Below are positions 1 through 11,493 of a DNA stretch of 64,000 bases, in pieces. Under the pieces are notes generated by a model. It was not told the origin of the DNA. It did not search any database and worked only from the letters and a program-made list of their open reading frames with translations. Made by a program: the position numbers and the translations under genes. The DNA is from Podarcis filfolensis (Eukaryota): NCBI GenBank assembly GCA_964270895.1, contig OZ185445.1; one strand, written 5' to 3'. Within the stretch, counting starts at the first letter, position 1; each line of letters begins with the position of its first letter.

Positions 1-406
1 TGACCAATTCATTTCGGCACCTGAGGCAAAGCACAAAATGGCATCCCCCAGGGATGAAGAGGTGAGTGAAGATCTACATCAGGAATAAGAAGGGGAATAT
101 ATATAGACAATGGGAACAAAAGGGTGGGAATTAAATCAACCTTACCCAATGGTTGAAGTGAGAATCAAGGGCCATCATGTGGGGGAAGGGGCCTGCTCTG
201 AATCATGCCAGGTGGGTGTAGAGCCCAAAAGACCCCTATCAGCTGAGAGGCCGCTGTACTGGTGGCATTTGCTGGGGGGGGGCGTCTGAGGAGGACGCAG
301 ATCCGACCTCCAAGGAGTACCCCACAGCCTTTGTTGCTGCAGCAATGATGCATTCTTTGGAAGCAGGAACTGCTGCCCTCGCAGATCCTGCCGCCTGACC
401 ACTGCC

Positions 407-568
407 CAGTGGCGTAGCATGGGGGGTGCAGGGGGGCCGGCCGCACCGGGCGCAACATCTGGGGGGGCGCTCGCACTTGCAGCTCTCTGCCCCTACCTGG
501 CTCCACGGGTTAGGGGGCGCAAATTACTTGCCTTGCCCCGGGTGCTGACAACCCACGCTACGCCACTG
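407..568. mobile_element. hAT-superfamily MITE with perfect 8-bp TSD
   Basis: TIRs CAGTGGCGTAGC and GCTACGCCACTG; TSD CCACTGCC at 399-406 and 569-576. Confidence 0.88.
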
Positions 569-620
569 CCACTGCCTAATGGGTGGGCTGGCCCTGCCCC
601 TGCCCATTGTCCATGCTGGT

Positions 621-1029
621 CAGGGGGTGCCAACTTAAGTACAGTCATACCTTGGATTACAGATGCTTCAGGTTGCATTTTTTCAGGTTACAGCAGTCGC
701 GCATCCGCAGAAGCACTAAATTGTGCTTCGCACATGTGCAGAAGCGCTGAATCGCAACCCGCGTGTACGCAGACACACCGCTGCGGGTTGCAGACACTGT
801 GGGTTGCGAACATGCATCCCGCACTGATCACGTTTGCAACCCGGACGTCCACTGTAAAATATTAGGGGGAGCGGCAGGTAAGCCCTGTCCTGCATAACAG
901 ATCACAAGATGTGGCACATGCACACCATTTGAATGCCAATGCCCATCAACTTTGTGGGGGGCGGCTCCCTCAAATATTTTATTGGGTGGGCCGAAGGGAC
1001 CTCAGTCCCTACGAGTTGGCTCTCCTATG
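621..1029. mobile_element. Degenerate hAT-like non-autonomous element hosting a nested MITE
   Basis: Imperfect ends CAGGGGGTGCCAACT and AGTTGGCTCTCCTATG; interrupted at a TA by the 642-854 element. Confidence 0.45.
642..854 (+). mobile_element. Tc1/mariner (pogo/Tigger-like) MITE, family B
   Basis: TA-flanked CAGTCATACC...GTCCACTG; internal sequence shared with 8278-8522 and 57984-58226. Confidence 0.75.
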
Positions 1030-1169
1030 ATGCTGGCTGAAGCTTATGGAAGTCACCTGAAGCCCCCTCACCCATTTACAGAGGCGTGCAAATGGCAGAT
1101 GGTTGTGAAAGGCGCAGGAGCCCACCAGAGAAAAGGCTAGCAGCCTTATCAAGGGGCTCGATAGACCAA

Positions 1170-2260
1170 TGCGGGGGCAAAAAATCGTTTGCGGGGGCAA
1201 AGAATCTGGTGTGGCCAGGCGCCCATTCTGCAGGAAAGGAACGTCTGAGCGGGGGGGGGGGGAGGCGCCTGGCTGGTCTTCGATCCCCTTGGCGCGCGCT
1301 GGGGATTTCCACACCCCCCTAAAATTCCTCCCCCCTCCCTCCCTCCATATCGTTCACTGTCATCTCAGCGGGTCAATGGCCGGTTCTTTTCCTCCGGCCC
1401 GCCACCCGAACGGAGAGGGGCGGGCTGCAGCAAGAGGAACCTTTTCGGCGCGCGAGGAGGAACCGCCAAGCAGCCCGAGGGGAAGCGGACGGCCACTGCG
1501 GTGGCAGCTGTGGCGGCGGCTAGAGCGAGAGCAAGCTGGAGAAGCTGCAGCCTGGCTGGGCGGGGAGGCGGCGCTTGGGTCCCCCAGGCCTGGCGCGGGT
1601 TGGCAGGGGTGAGGGAGCGGAGGCGGGGCGAGAGGCGAGCTGGGAGGGACGCCAGCCTGCGCTGGGCTCGGGCTGCCTGGCTGGCTGGGGCTGAGGCGAA
1701 GGAAGCAGCGCGGCGGCGAGCGAGGGCTGCTGTGGCGGCGGCGAAGCAGCAGCAGCAGGCGCAGACGGAGGCTTGGCGCGCTCGGCTTCTCTCCCTTCGC
1801 TGCAGGGCGCGCGGCTGGGGCCCGGGCGGGTGCGTGACAGCCGAAGGTGAGAGCCTTTCCTTCCCGCGTCGCCGTCCCCTCGCCGCCACCCGCCTCCCTT
1901 CCCTGCCTCGCTGCTGCCGGCCTAGCGAGCGTGCGGAGGGGAGTCCGGCGGCGGCGGGGCCGGGACGCCGCTTGGCCGCGCGCTGCAGACATCCTGTTCG
2001 GCGGCGCGAGGCCTCTTGCCGCCTGAAGGGGGGCTTCGCTGTCTCTCTCTTGCGCGCGGCTCCTGCTTCTTCCCCTCGCGGTGACAGGCAGGCAGGCAAG
2101 CAAAGCCTTGCATTGCATTCATTTCCCGTCTCCCCTGCCCAGCTGGCTTGGCTGGAGGAAGTTGAACTGGAGCGGAGCGGCGTCCTTGCAGCAGCGGGAC
2201 CCGATCCCCGCGCCAGCTGGTTTGCTTGCGAAGGAGGGAAAAATGCTTTCTCTGGGAAAG
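1170..2260. promoter_or_regulatory. PIK3R1: CpG island, TATA-less promoter of PIK3R1 (p85-alpha)
   Basis: Very GC- and CpG-rich against an AT-rich background; GC boxes GGGGCGGG at 1417-1424 and GGGCGGGG at 1558-1565; about 9 kb upstream of the first coding exon. Confidence 0.85.
1490..1846 (+). other. PIK3R1: Probable non-coding exon 1 (5' UTR); boundaries tentative
   Basis: ATG-free GC-rich stretch ending at a strong donor AAG|GTGAGA (GT at 1847); alternative donor candidate CG|GTGACA at 2081; start is inferred. Confidence 0.5.
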
Positions 2261-4094
2261 GGCGCTCAGGGTTGCAGGAGGTTGCATTTATGGCAGCTCC
2301 GCTCCTCAGCCCCAGACCAGCCTAGGTGCCCTCCACTCTCAAGGTCTGGGGACTGGGAAGGGTGCGAGGAAGGGAGGAATTGCCGGGTTAAATATTTCGT
2401 ATTCCCTGCCTCGCCTCCCCCTTTTTTGGGTGCTGGTGACGGCCGACAGAGTTAAAGCTGCGCTGAACTGCATGCATCGCGGTTAAGCGAATTCTCAATC
2501 GGCTACAGGTCGTTTGAAAAACCCGGAAGGAATAAACCCTCTCGCTGACTTTATATTTCAAAATCTGAACACGTTTCCTTTTTCTTTCTTTTTCTGCCTT
2601 TGGACTTTGCACAGCGGCTGTGCTGCGTGAGGAAGTCCACACTGCTGGCTTATGTGGCGAAGCAAATCAAAAGAGTGCATGGCACTTCTTGGTCTAGACA
2701 GTGTGCAGTGGCAAGAGTGGAGCACAAGGTGCTAGACTTGGTTGATGCTAAATAAAGCTGGCTAAATATTGACACTAAAATCTCATTCTCTGGATAGGTG
2801 AGCAATCCACGGAAGTTAATCTGGAAAATTGCTTCACACCATTTTCCTGATAGGAATTTTAATCATGTATCGGAAGGCTAAACCCCCCTCCCCACCGCAC
2901 TCCTGTAATGTATTCATATTATAAGTACCGAATTTGCATAATGTTGTTCAACATAACTTTGCTCTTTTCTACATGTATTGTCTTTACTATTTTGAAAAAA
3001 CTTTGATTTCTCTTATAAATAAATAAGCAAACTCTTACTACCCTATCCGGAATACACAGGGAGACTTACTGGTTTTAATTAGATGCAATGTGAAGCAGAG
3101 ATGCAATTTGTTGAATTCATAGCCCTGATATTATATGAAGCTTGTGTTGCCAAAGCTGCATTTCAGTGAAGTGTAATGAGCTGTTAAGCGGACTTCTTGT
3201 GCTATCCCTGAGTGCTGCATTGTGTTTGCTTTGGGATTTACTGGTGGCATTTTAGAAAAATAGCTCTTATTAGTGTATAGTGTCTTTCCTGGAAATGGAA
3301 AGTGTCTGGTTCTGGAGGAACAAACGGCTGGTTGAAGGATTTGAGTTCAGGAAGGGGAGAGGAAAGTCTTGTGTTTTCTGCTGCCAAATCCTTGCCTCTA
3401 AGCATTGGATTAAAACGTGCCCACACTGAAAAAAGAGGGTATGAGATGCATAGAACCATTTGAATAGGCAGAGAAAATTCTTGCTATTCAGATGACAAGT
3501 GCAAAAGGAATTGCAAAAGGAATTAAGCAAGGTGTTGCATTTTCACATGATGTGTGTTGCTGGGTTATATTTTTATTAATTCATCAACAGAAAAAATCCA
3601 GTGTGTGGTACCCATAATGTGAAAAATGAAGACATTGGGTTGTACCCAACATAATCTCTACTCAGAGTAGACCCATTGAAATTAATAAACTTGACTAACT
3701 TATTTTTTAATTTAAATAGGTCTACTGTGCGTAGAACTTAGTTGGATACAGACCAACTAATTGAATGTATAAGGGAGCAAAAAACAAAACAAAAAACCAA
3801 CACCCTAGTAAAATCTCTGTGGTGCCGACAGGAGGAGCTATTATAACTTAAGGCTATGACACTCACAGGTGCAATCCTGTGCCTGTCTACTCGGTAGCAA
3901 GTTCTGTTGAGTTCATTGAAACTTACTTCTATTTCAGTAGGTACACAGTTGTAGTCTTAATGTGAAGCTTTTTGAGGAATGAATGCAAAGTCTAAAAATT
4001 TGTATAGTAGAACAGATGCTTTGCAAGTGTAAGGTACCAGTTTGTTAAATAATTTTGGCCAGAAGAGCTGGGAATGACTTCTACAGTCAGAGTA

Positions 4095-4334
4095 CAGTGG
4101 TACCTCAGGTTACATACGCTTCAGGTTACATACGCTTCAGGTTACAGACTCCGCTAACCCAGAAATAGTGCTTCAGGATAAGAACTTTGCTTCAGGATGA
4201 GAACAGAAATTGTGCTCTGGCGGCGTGGTGGCAACAGCCTCCCATTAGCTAAAGTGGTGCTTCAGGTTAATAACAGTTTCAGGTTAAGAACGGACCTCCG
4301 GAACGAATTAAGTACTTAACCCGAGGTACCACTG
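4095..4334 (+). mobile_element. Tc1/mariner (pogo/Tigger-like) MITE, family A, copy 1
   Basis: TA|CAGTGGTACCTCAGGTT...AACCCGAGGTACCACTG|TA; 240 bp; repeated GCTTCAGGTTA motifs inside. Confidence 0.88.
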
Positions 4335-7300
4335 TATACTGTTCTGAGGTAGAGGGACTGCTATAAAGAAAGAATCCCATGACTCCTCAGGATTAAAACC
4401 TGTAAGCTACAGAAGGATAAAATCTGGACCACATAAATTTAATGGGCATTCTGCTTCTTGATCAGGCAAATCCAATTCCACTTTATCTAAAAGATCATAA
4501 TAATGTTTGCATATAGGACTTGGATTGCCCTGCAGTGCTGTAATCACTTATAAGTAAGCCCCATTGCACTTCATGGAATTTACTTCTGAATAGATGTGCA
4601 GAGAATAGCATTCTAACTTCTTTAAAAGCTCCTATAATTAGTACAGGACTGTTTACAATAATGGCTGGAGACAGTGTTTTAATTTTGTTTAAAATGTGAT
4701 TGGCTTGTGGAACACATTAATAGCACAAAGAATAAATGTAACAAGTTCTTTTAAAAAGTTATTGCTTAATGTGTAAGGTCATAAAGATGTCTTAGGCAGA
4801 GCAAATAGCTCTTCAGCACAACTTCAGAAGCAGAAAACTCATACTAAAATGTCTTGGTCAAGGAAACAGTTGAGTCTATCCTGAGAGATTCTTTGCTGTT
4901 CTCAAACTGACTGCAAACCAGAGACTGATCTGTACCCTATCACTTGCTGGTATAAATACTGCAGTATTTCTGTATTATGGAAGTATTGGAGCACGGCAGC
5001 TGTGTTGGTAAGATCCATCAGTTTGCTGTCTTGGAGAGTAGGCTTAACAGCTAGAGGTTTGCTGGGCAAGACCATTGCTTGGCCCTGATTTCCAATACAG
5101 ATTTGTACTGGCTGATAACAAAAAGGCAAAATGAAACTGCTGCATTTGGGGAATACAGTACATGGGTATAGAGAAGTTCAGCACTTAACAAAGCGACTTG
5201 GGGCGTTTGCTTCCCATGTGATACATTGTCAACCCTGAGGTTCAAGGGGGTTGTTGCCGTATTGTATCTACAGTGCAACCCTCCCTTTTCAGATTTAACT
5301 GAAAGTTTGTTGGGCTGGGTGGAGGGGCTGTGCTATCTTTCTCTACTGGTGGGGAGGGGGGAAATAGGTCAAACTAGACATATTTTACAGTGTTTAGAGA
5401 AGAACTCTAATTGGCAGTGTGCCAAAATGGTTGTGTCAACGAGAACAAAGTGAGTAGGCCTTCTCACACACTTGTGCACTTGTGGAGCTGAAACTATTTC
5501 TTAGCGTGATAATAAATATTTCAAAGCATTTGAGATATTTGGAGAAGTGTTAATTTTCTGGCACAGGTTGTGTATATATTTAGTTGAGTGTTGGCGATGT
5601 TCCAGACTCTCAAGTCAAGGTGTGTTTAAGTGGACTTGCTTGTTTGTTGCAAGAATTAGTGACGAAAACAATGTACACAGAAATCACTGTAGAACAATTT
5701 AATTAATACTTACGGTGCATTCTCCCTTGTTTCCAGTTCCAGATGTGTTCCTAGGCATAGGTGTGAAAGTTCTAGAGTTATTAGTAGACTTTCATAGCCA
5801 ATGCCGAAGTGTTCAGTTCCTTAGTGGGGGCATGTTGAGGCACATAACCTTACCTCCCCACCACTATACTCCAAGAGTCTAAATCCAATGTAAGATGTTT
5901 GGCTAGCTTCCACCAGTACATAAGAGCCCTGCAGGATCAGATCAAAGGTTTATCTAGACCAGCATTCTAGGCGAGCCTGATGCCTGGGCAATAGCACAAT
6001 CCCATAGGTGCAGTGGCAATGCTGTGCAAAATTCTGTGTGCTGTATCTATGGAAAGTGGTTTTCTTTTCTATTAGAGGCTGTTTACTGAGTGTAATCAGT
6101 AAATATATTTACTGATATGCATATTTTTTCCTTACTAAGAGGTTTACCTCTGAGTTTTGTTGGTGGGCTTTGTTAGATGGATTTGCATTTGTCAAGCGAC
6201 TTGGAGGCTCCACCTTCTCCGGAGGACCGAGGGGACCTGATGCGACATCCTGTTGTCGTGCATGCGATTTTGCGCGACATCAGGATGCTGTGCAAGATCG
6301 GGGGGGGGGGCACAGTGCCTCAGCCCCAAGGAGCTGGCAGCCTTGTAGCATATCAATTCTTTCAGTGCATCATTTCCCCTTCTTGCAGATACCAGAGAGT
6401 GGAGAAAATTAGCATATAGTGATACTGCATGTTCATTTGTGGGTTCCTAAGTAAATCAGAAAGGCTGGAGTACTGTGGGAGAAGAGCTTATGTAGAGACG
6501 CTACATGGTGCCTTTGGATGGTTGATAACTTGTGGCATCTTCAGAATCAAAGGGGCAGCTTTGCAGTGAGGAGTGTAACAGAATGACAGAAGAGGTGGCG
6601 GGGAATAGGCACTTGTAACAGAGCTTACTGGCTCTCAAATGTAATTGTTTAATCAAAGCAGTCAGTATACCCAACTAACATAACCAAAGTAGGAGTTTGG
6701 GAAGGGACTGTACTTGCAGGAGGTCTGTTTCTCCTCTTTCTTTCCAAAAGTTTCACCTTTTAATTATATTGATAGATGGCGGCTTGTGCAGAACTGCTTC
6801 TTGACATTGTCTATATTTACAGGAACGCTCTTTTACACTTGGCTTACAGTCACACAGCCAAATGACAACATGCATGAAAATAATTCTGTTGACGGATGAT
6901 GATTGGTTGTCCTTATTGATTAGTCTTCACCAACATTTCCTCAGTGCATTGGAGATGTAGGGGATCAAAAGGCACTTTCCCCCATATATTATGAAGTGTG
7001 GCTCATGGAAGAGTAAACATGGTGTAAAATCCCATGTTTTTAAGATCATGAGAATCAAAGGTCCTGTTATCATTACTTCCAATATATTTGCCAGTCATCG
7101 GTAGACAGAGATATGGCACTTTGTGCTCCGTTTTTCTTCATTCACACACAACTGCACATTGCAGGTCTAGATACAGAAAAAGATAACAACTTTTAGTAAA
7201 CATTTACATTCATTAGTAACCATCGGTTAAATTGAGAAATATTTCCCCATATTTTATCCTCTGATGCTACTGAATCTGTGTCATTGCTATTGCTTGTGAA

Positions 7301-8214
7301 GCCATCTGTGCTACAAGTTTCTTCACATAATTCCTCTTCTTCCTGTGAACTCACTAATACAGTCATCAGGTATCTGTCATCATTAATCATTCAACCAGTG
7401 TTATTAATGGAGCAGTTGGTGATAATAGCAGTACAGTTGTCTTCACTGAAATTTTTGGTAAGACGTTATTTGTATATAGTGAAGCAAAGTGCTGGATGTA
7501 GGAGGAAAGAGGTTAACAGTGGTACCATCACTGTTTTGGATCTCAGTATCTTGAGCTTCAATATTTTGTTTGTGTGAGATTCTATTTTGTTTCTAATTTC
7601 CCCACATTTCTATGGTGGCCATATTTTCACAGAACAGTAAGCCATGGTTCAATAACAAACCATGGCATACCACAAATCATGCTCATCACACTCCTTCCTT
7701 TACTGAGCTGGGTGGGAACAAAGCAGAGTGCTGTCTGAATGTTACATGTGAACCAGCACTCATTCTTTCCTTGTCTTCAGACGAGCCATGAGCAGAAGCC
7801 AAGGTTTGGCTTGTTTGGAGAGAAACAAATGTAAGCCCTGGTTCACATTTATTTTCTCTGTGCTAAGCAAAGCGAGCAGCAGAGTAGATGCAATATGAGC
7901 AGTCATGGTAAACCATAGTTTACCATGATGTGTGAACCCAGGCCAGGTCCTAAGAACAAATTCAGGAGACATATTAGAAAGCTCTTTGGTTTCCAACACC
8001 CAGAAACTTGAGGACCATGTAGGACAGGGGGAGGGGACCTTTTCTGGCTGGTGGACCAGATCCAAACCTCCACCATCCTCTGCAGGTCACCTTGTCTAGG
8101 TGCGGGAGGTAATCACTTGTCCCATTGTGACATCAGGCGATAACTTCAAAGGTGCTTGCTACAGATGAAGAATGTCTATTTGCAGCTGTGGTTTGAATCC
8201 AAACATCCAATTTG

Positions 8215-8640
8215 ATTTTCATTTATTTATTATATTTATATACCGCCTTTATCTTCCGAGGATATTAAGGTGGTGTACAGTGGATGCTCGGGTTGCAAAT
8301 GTGATCCGTGCGGGAAGCATGTTCGCAACCCGCAGTGCTGTGTCTGCGCACACACGGGTCGCGATTCGGCGCTTCTGCACATGCGCAAAGCACAATTTAG
8401 CTCTTTTGCAAATGCGCAAGCACCAAAACCTGGAAGTAACCCGTTCTGGTACTTCCAGGTTTGGCGCGGTGCGCTACCCGAAATCGCGCAACCCGAAGTG
8501 TCTGTAACCCGAGGTATGGCTGTATATGGTTCTTCTCCCCAATTCATTCTCAGAACAACCCATGTGTTAGGCTAAGAGATGGTGACTGGCCCAAGATCAC
8601 CCAGTGAGCTTCATGGCTGAGTGGGAATTTGAACCACACT
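8215..8640 (-). mobile_element. L2/MIR-like SINE or LINE 3' end on the minus strand, split by a MITE
   Basis: tttatataccgcc tail plus the core cagaacaacccatgtgttaggctaagagatggtgactggcccaagatcacccagtgagcttcatggctgagtgggaatttgaacc. Confidence 0.6.
8278..8522 (-). mobile_element. Tc1/mariner MITE, family B, inserted at a TA inside a retroposon remnant
   Basis: TA|CAGTGGATGCTCGGGTT...AACCCGAGGTATGGCTG|TA; reverse complement aligns with 642-854. Confidence 0.8.
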
Positions 8641-9899
8641 TAGCTCAAATGGACGAAGCAGGGCTCAGTTTCAGTTCCCATCAGCTGATGGGCACTGAAA
8701 ATGAGCCCCGCTTAGTGCAGCTGATCCCAGTGTGGCTCAGATGCATGAAGGCACAGTATGTCACAGTACAGAACATGTATACTGCCTTTGGTGCAGAAGA
8801 CAAAACTGTCTCCTTAACTCATAATTTTCATGCTTTTTGATGCATGAATGACCTTGTAAGAACCTTAACTCTACTGAAGGAGTTTTGATCCTAGAATTAT
8901 TAGGTCAGGTGTAAATGGTTTCTGTGACTTTGAAAATGTAGGATTGGGTACCACGTCTATTCTACTACGAGCCATAGTTCACGAAATACAGATCTTCAAA
9001 AATTGTGTTATGTGATCCTACTGCAACTGGGATAGAGTGGGGTTTTTTCCAGAGAATTTCTTTGGCAGAATTAATCCATCAGTTGGAATTTTCACATAAC
9101 CGTTATTCATTATACTTTGCAGCAAATGGTAGAGTGGCAGTATAAAAAAATATTATCCTGTAAATAGTCTCACCTGCTAGAATTACATAGCCCCCTGAAG
9201 ACATTTTATTCTTTGCTTTAAAAGGTTTTCACTGTTTAAGTGAATGCTTTCACTTGTTGGTACAGCAATTCAGCAATTAGATTATGATTTGAATTTAGCT
9301 TTTTCTATAGCTGTAGAATGAATAGCAGGTGGAATAATAAAAACTTTATAAGGCACCTACTGTTCTGGATTTCTGTAAGCTAGTGTTTAGTGTGTATATT
9401 TATAGTATTTTACAGCAGTGTATTGCTTTTTTAACTTCGTAATCACACCAACATGATTTAAATGTTCAAGCCTCGTCTTTTGCTCCAGGTCTAATTTAAG
9501 TATTTACCACTTCCCCCAGCCTGACAAAATACTGCTCCTTAGGTGGTCTAGCTTCAGTACAGTTACATAAAGCTGTGGGAAATCACATCAAAATATGAAA
9601 GGAGTAGGTTAAAGTCTACACAGAAAAATTGTAACCTTGCTGTTAAATGTATAGTTTCTGAGGAAATAAAAAATGGAGGCACGTGATTTCATGCATAAAA
9701 TCAATTTGTGTTCAAGCAATGCTTCTTCTCAAAAGAACCACCCCAAAGCAAGAAGGCATGCTTGGGAGGATGCCATGGGTTAAACCCACCCTAGTTTAAT
9801 TCACTCTTTCTCATGCTTGCCCTCAGCATTGGAGAAGGTAGACCAGTAGGGGGAAGAGCACTGATCCCCTAGGAGTATAGCAGATTTTAAAGATAAGAA

Positions 9900-10235
9900 C
9901 CCTAGAGCACTTTTCCTGTCTTCTCCTGGCTTAGAACTTAAGCTCCTCTGTCCATACTCAGTCGCTAGATTCTGCCATGATGGATATTTGTTGAAGGATG
10001 GTTTGCGCCACAAACTAGGCCTAAAATGAAAGACCTGTGCACCTTCACACTCTCTCCCTTATCGTCACTTTTAACTGTTTGCCCCTGTTTCTGTCTTTTT
10101 AAGCATGTATGATACAATCGCCTTTTAATTGCTAGTCATTATCCCATACCTATTTTAAGTCTTATGTGTTCAGTTTATCCGTATGTTTTATCTTATGCTG
10201 GTCTGTGACCACAATAAAGTTTGATATTGATATTT
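9900..10235 (+). mobile_element. Old L2-like LINE 3' fragment
   Basis: T-rich 3' UTR ending gctggtctgtgaccacaataaagttt; family assignment by pattern only. Confidence 0.4.
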
Positions 10236-10334
10236 AAGCTTCAGTAATTTGAGGGGGGTGGGGGTAGAAGTGCGCCAAACAGAGAGCAGGGGTGACTTGG
10301 CCATTAAGGATGAACACTTATTAGGGGGACTTCC

Positions 10335-10474
10335 CATAGAATCATAGAGCTGGAAGTGACCCCGAGGATCATCTAGTCCAACCCCCTGCAATACAGGAAT
10401 ATGCAGCTGCCCCATACGGGAATCGAACCTGCAACCTTGGCATTATCAGCACCATGCTCCAACCAACTGAACTA
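10335..10474 (-). mobile_element. tRNA-Ile-headed SINE with CR1-type 3' tail
   Basis: Reverse complement reads tcagttggttggagcatggtgctgataatgccaaggttgcaggttcgattccc...gggggttggactagatgatcc...ctatgattctatg. Confidence 0.8.
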
Positions 10475-10508
10475 TCCATTCTAGCAACCCCTGGACTGGA
10501 ATGCAGAA

Positions 10509-10708
10509 GCATTGTTCACCTGGTTTCCCAATGCAGAGGTCGCTGCTGGTAACTGAGAGAGGCGAGACGGTGGGGCGGGTGGCATGCTGTGGGGACAGTC
10601 AACCTGATCCCCCCACCTCTCTGCCCACATCATACTTATTTCCACACCAGTGTGCTCCTCTCAGTTACTGGCAGTGACCTCCTCAGTGAGAAGCCAGGCA
10701 AGCAATGT
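10509..10708. mobile_element. Foldback element or palindromic MITE with ~55-bp imperfect arms
   Basis: gcattgttcacctggtttcc...ggtaactgagagagg is inverted-complementary to ctcctctcagttactgg...gccaggcaagcaatg. Confidence 0.55.
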
Positions 10709-11096
10709 TGCTCCACCTTGCTCTGTCCCACCAGACTGGACTTGATTTCCAAAGTAGAGGCAGTACTACAAGAAGTGGCACACTGGAAACTAGGTTTCAG
10801 TACATGCACTGAAGTTGTTAGTGCTCACCCCCTATCTATATTACAAAAAGAGGGGTGCTCGTGTAGGAGCTTCCTCTTGGTGCCAAGTAGATTCTTTTCT
10901 GGGTTGGCGTACCTCCTTGGAGTTCTACTTTGAAGTCCGTTTTGTCAGGTCTTCCATTATAATTTTTGTTATGTGCCAGCACACCTGTTTCTGAAACATT
11001 CCCCACTAGAACCTGAACTTACCATAGCTAGAGCCTTCAATGAGAATGGGAGTAATTACGTTAATTTCATGTTTGAATTTTTTTCTTCCTCCGTAG

Positions 11097-11493
11097 GTGA
11101 AGTATGTGTGCAGAACTCCACCGCAAAAAGAAAAGTGAACATTTTCCAGCAAGTACATCAGAAGGAGGTGCAGCAAGGAGTAATTTTCAGCCCACCTTGA
11201 AAAATTGTGCCCATAAGTGCCAAGCTGACCTGAAAAGGAACTAGCTGGGAGTCTATACATAGATAAAAGTCCACTCTTCTGAAATTTCACTGATTAAATG
11301 TAAAAGACGCACATACAGCCTCAGCTGTACAGCCACAGATTCTGGTGCTTCTTATGTGTTTGTGTTACAGTCCTTCTAACTGACACGTTACTTCCCCTGT
11401 TTATAACTTCTTTCGCTGTATATACAATAAAACCGAGTAGCACTGTGTTGCTGTTATTCGCTAAAATAATTGAATGTTAAGACCTTTGCCAAA
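11097..11493 (+). other. PIK3R1: 5' UTR part of exon 2, containing four upstream ATGs (11104, 11298, 11354, 11474)
   Basis: Acceptor ttttttcttcctccgtag|g at 11096/11097; 397 nt of UTR, similar to the ~386 nt I recall for human exon 2. Confidence 0.75.

Noticed and set aside
1086-2486. Overlapping long ORFs (up to 274 aa) on both strands in the CpG island
   Set aside because: Ala/Arg/Gly/Pro-rich low-complexity translations are expected from stop-poor GC-rich DNA; several start at non-ATG codons; no recognisable domain
4095-4334. Regularly repeated GCTTCAGGTTA motifs as a CRISPR-like array
   Set aside because: The DNA is eukaryotic; the repeats lie inside a TIR- and TA-bounded element present in five dispersed copies with identical spacers; no cas genes
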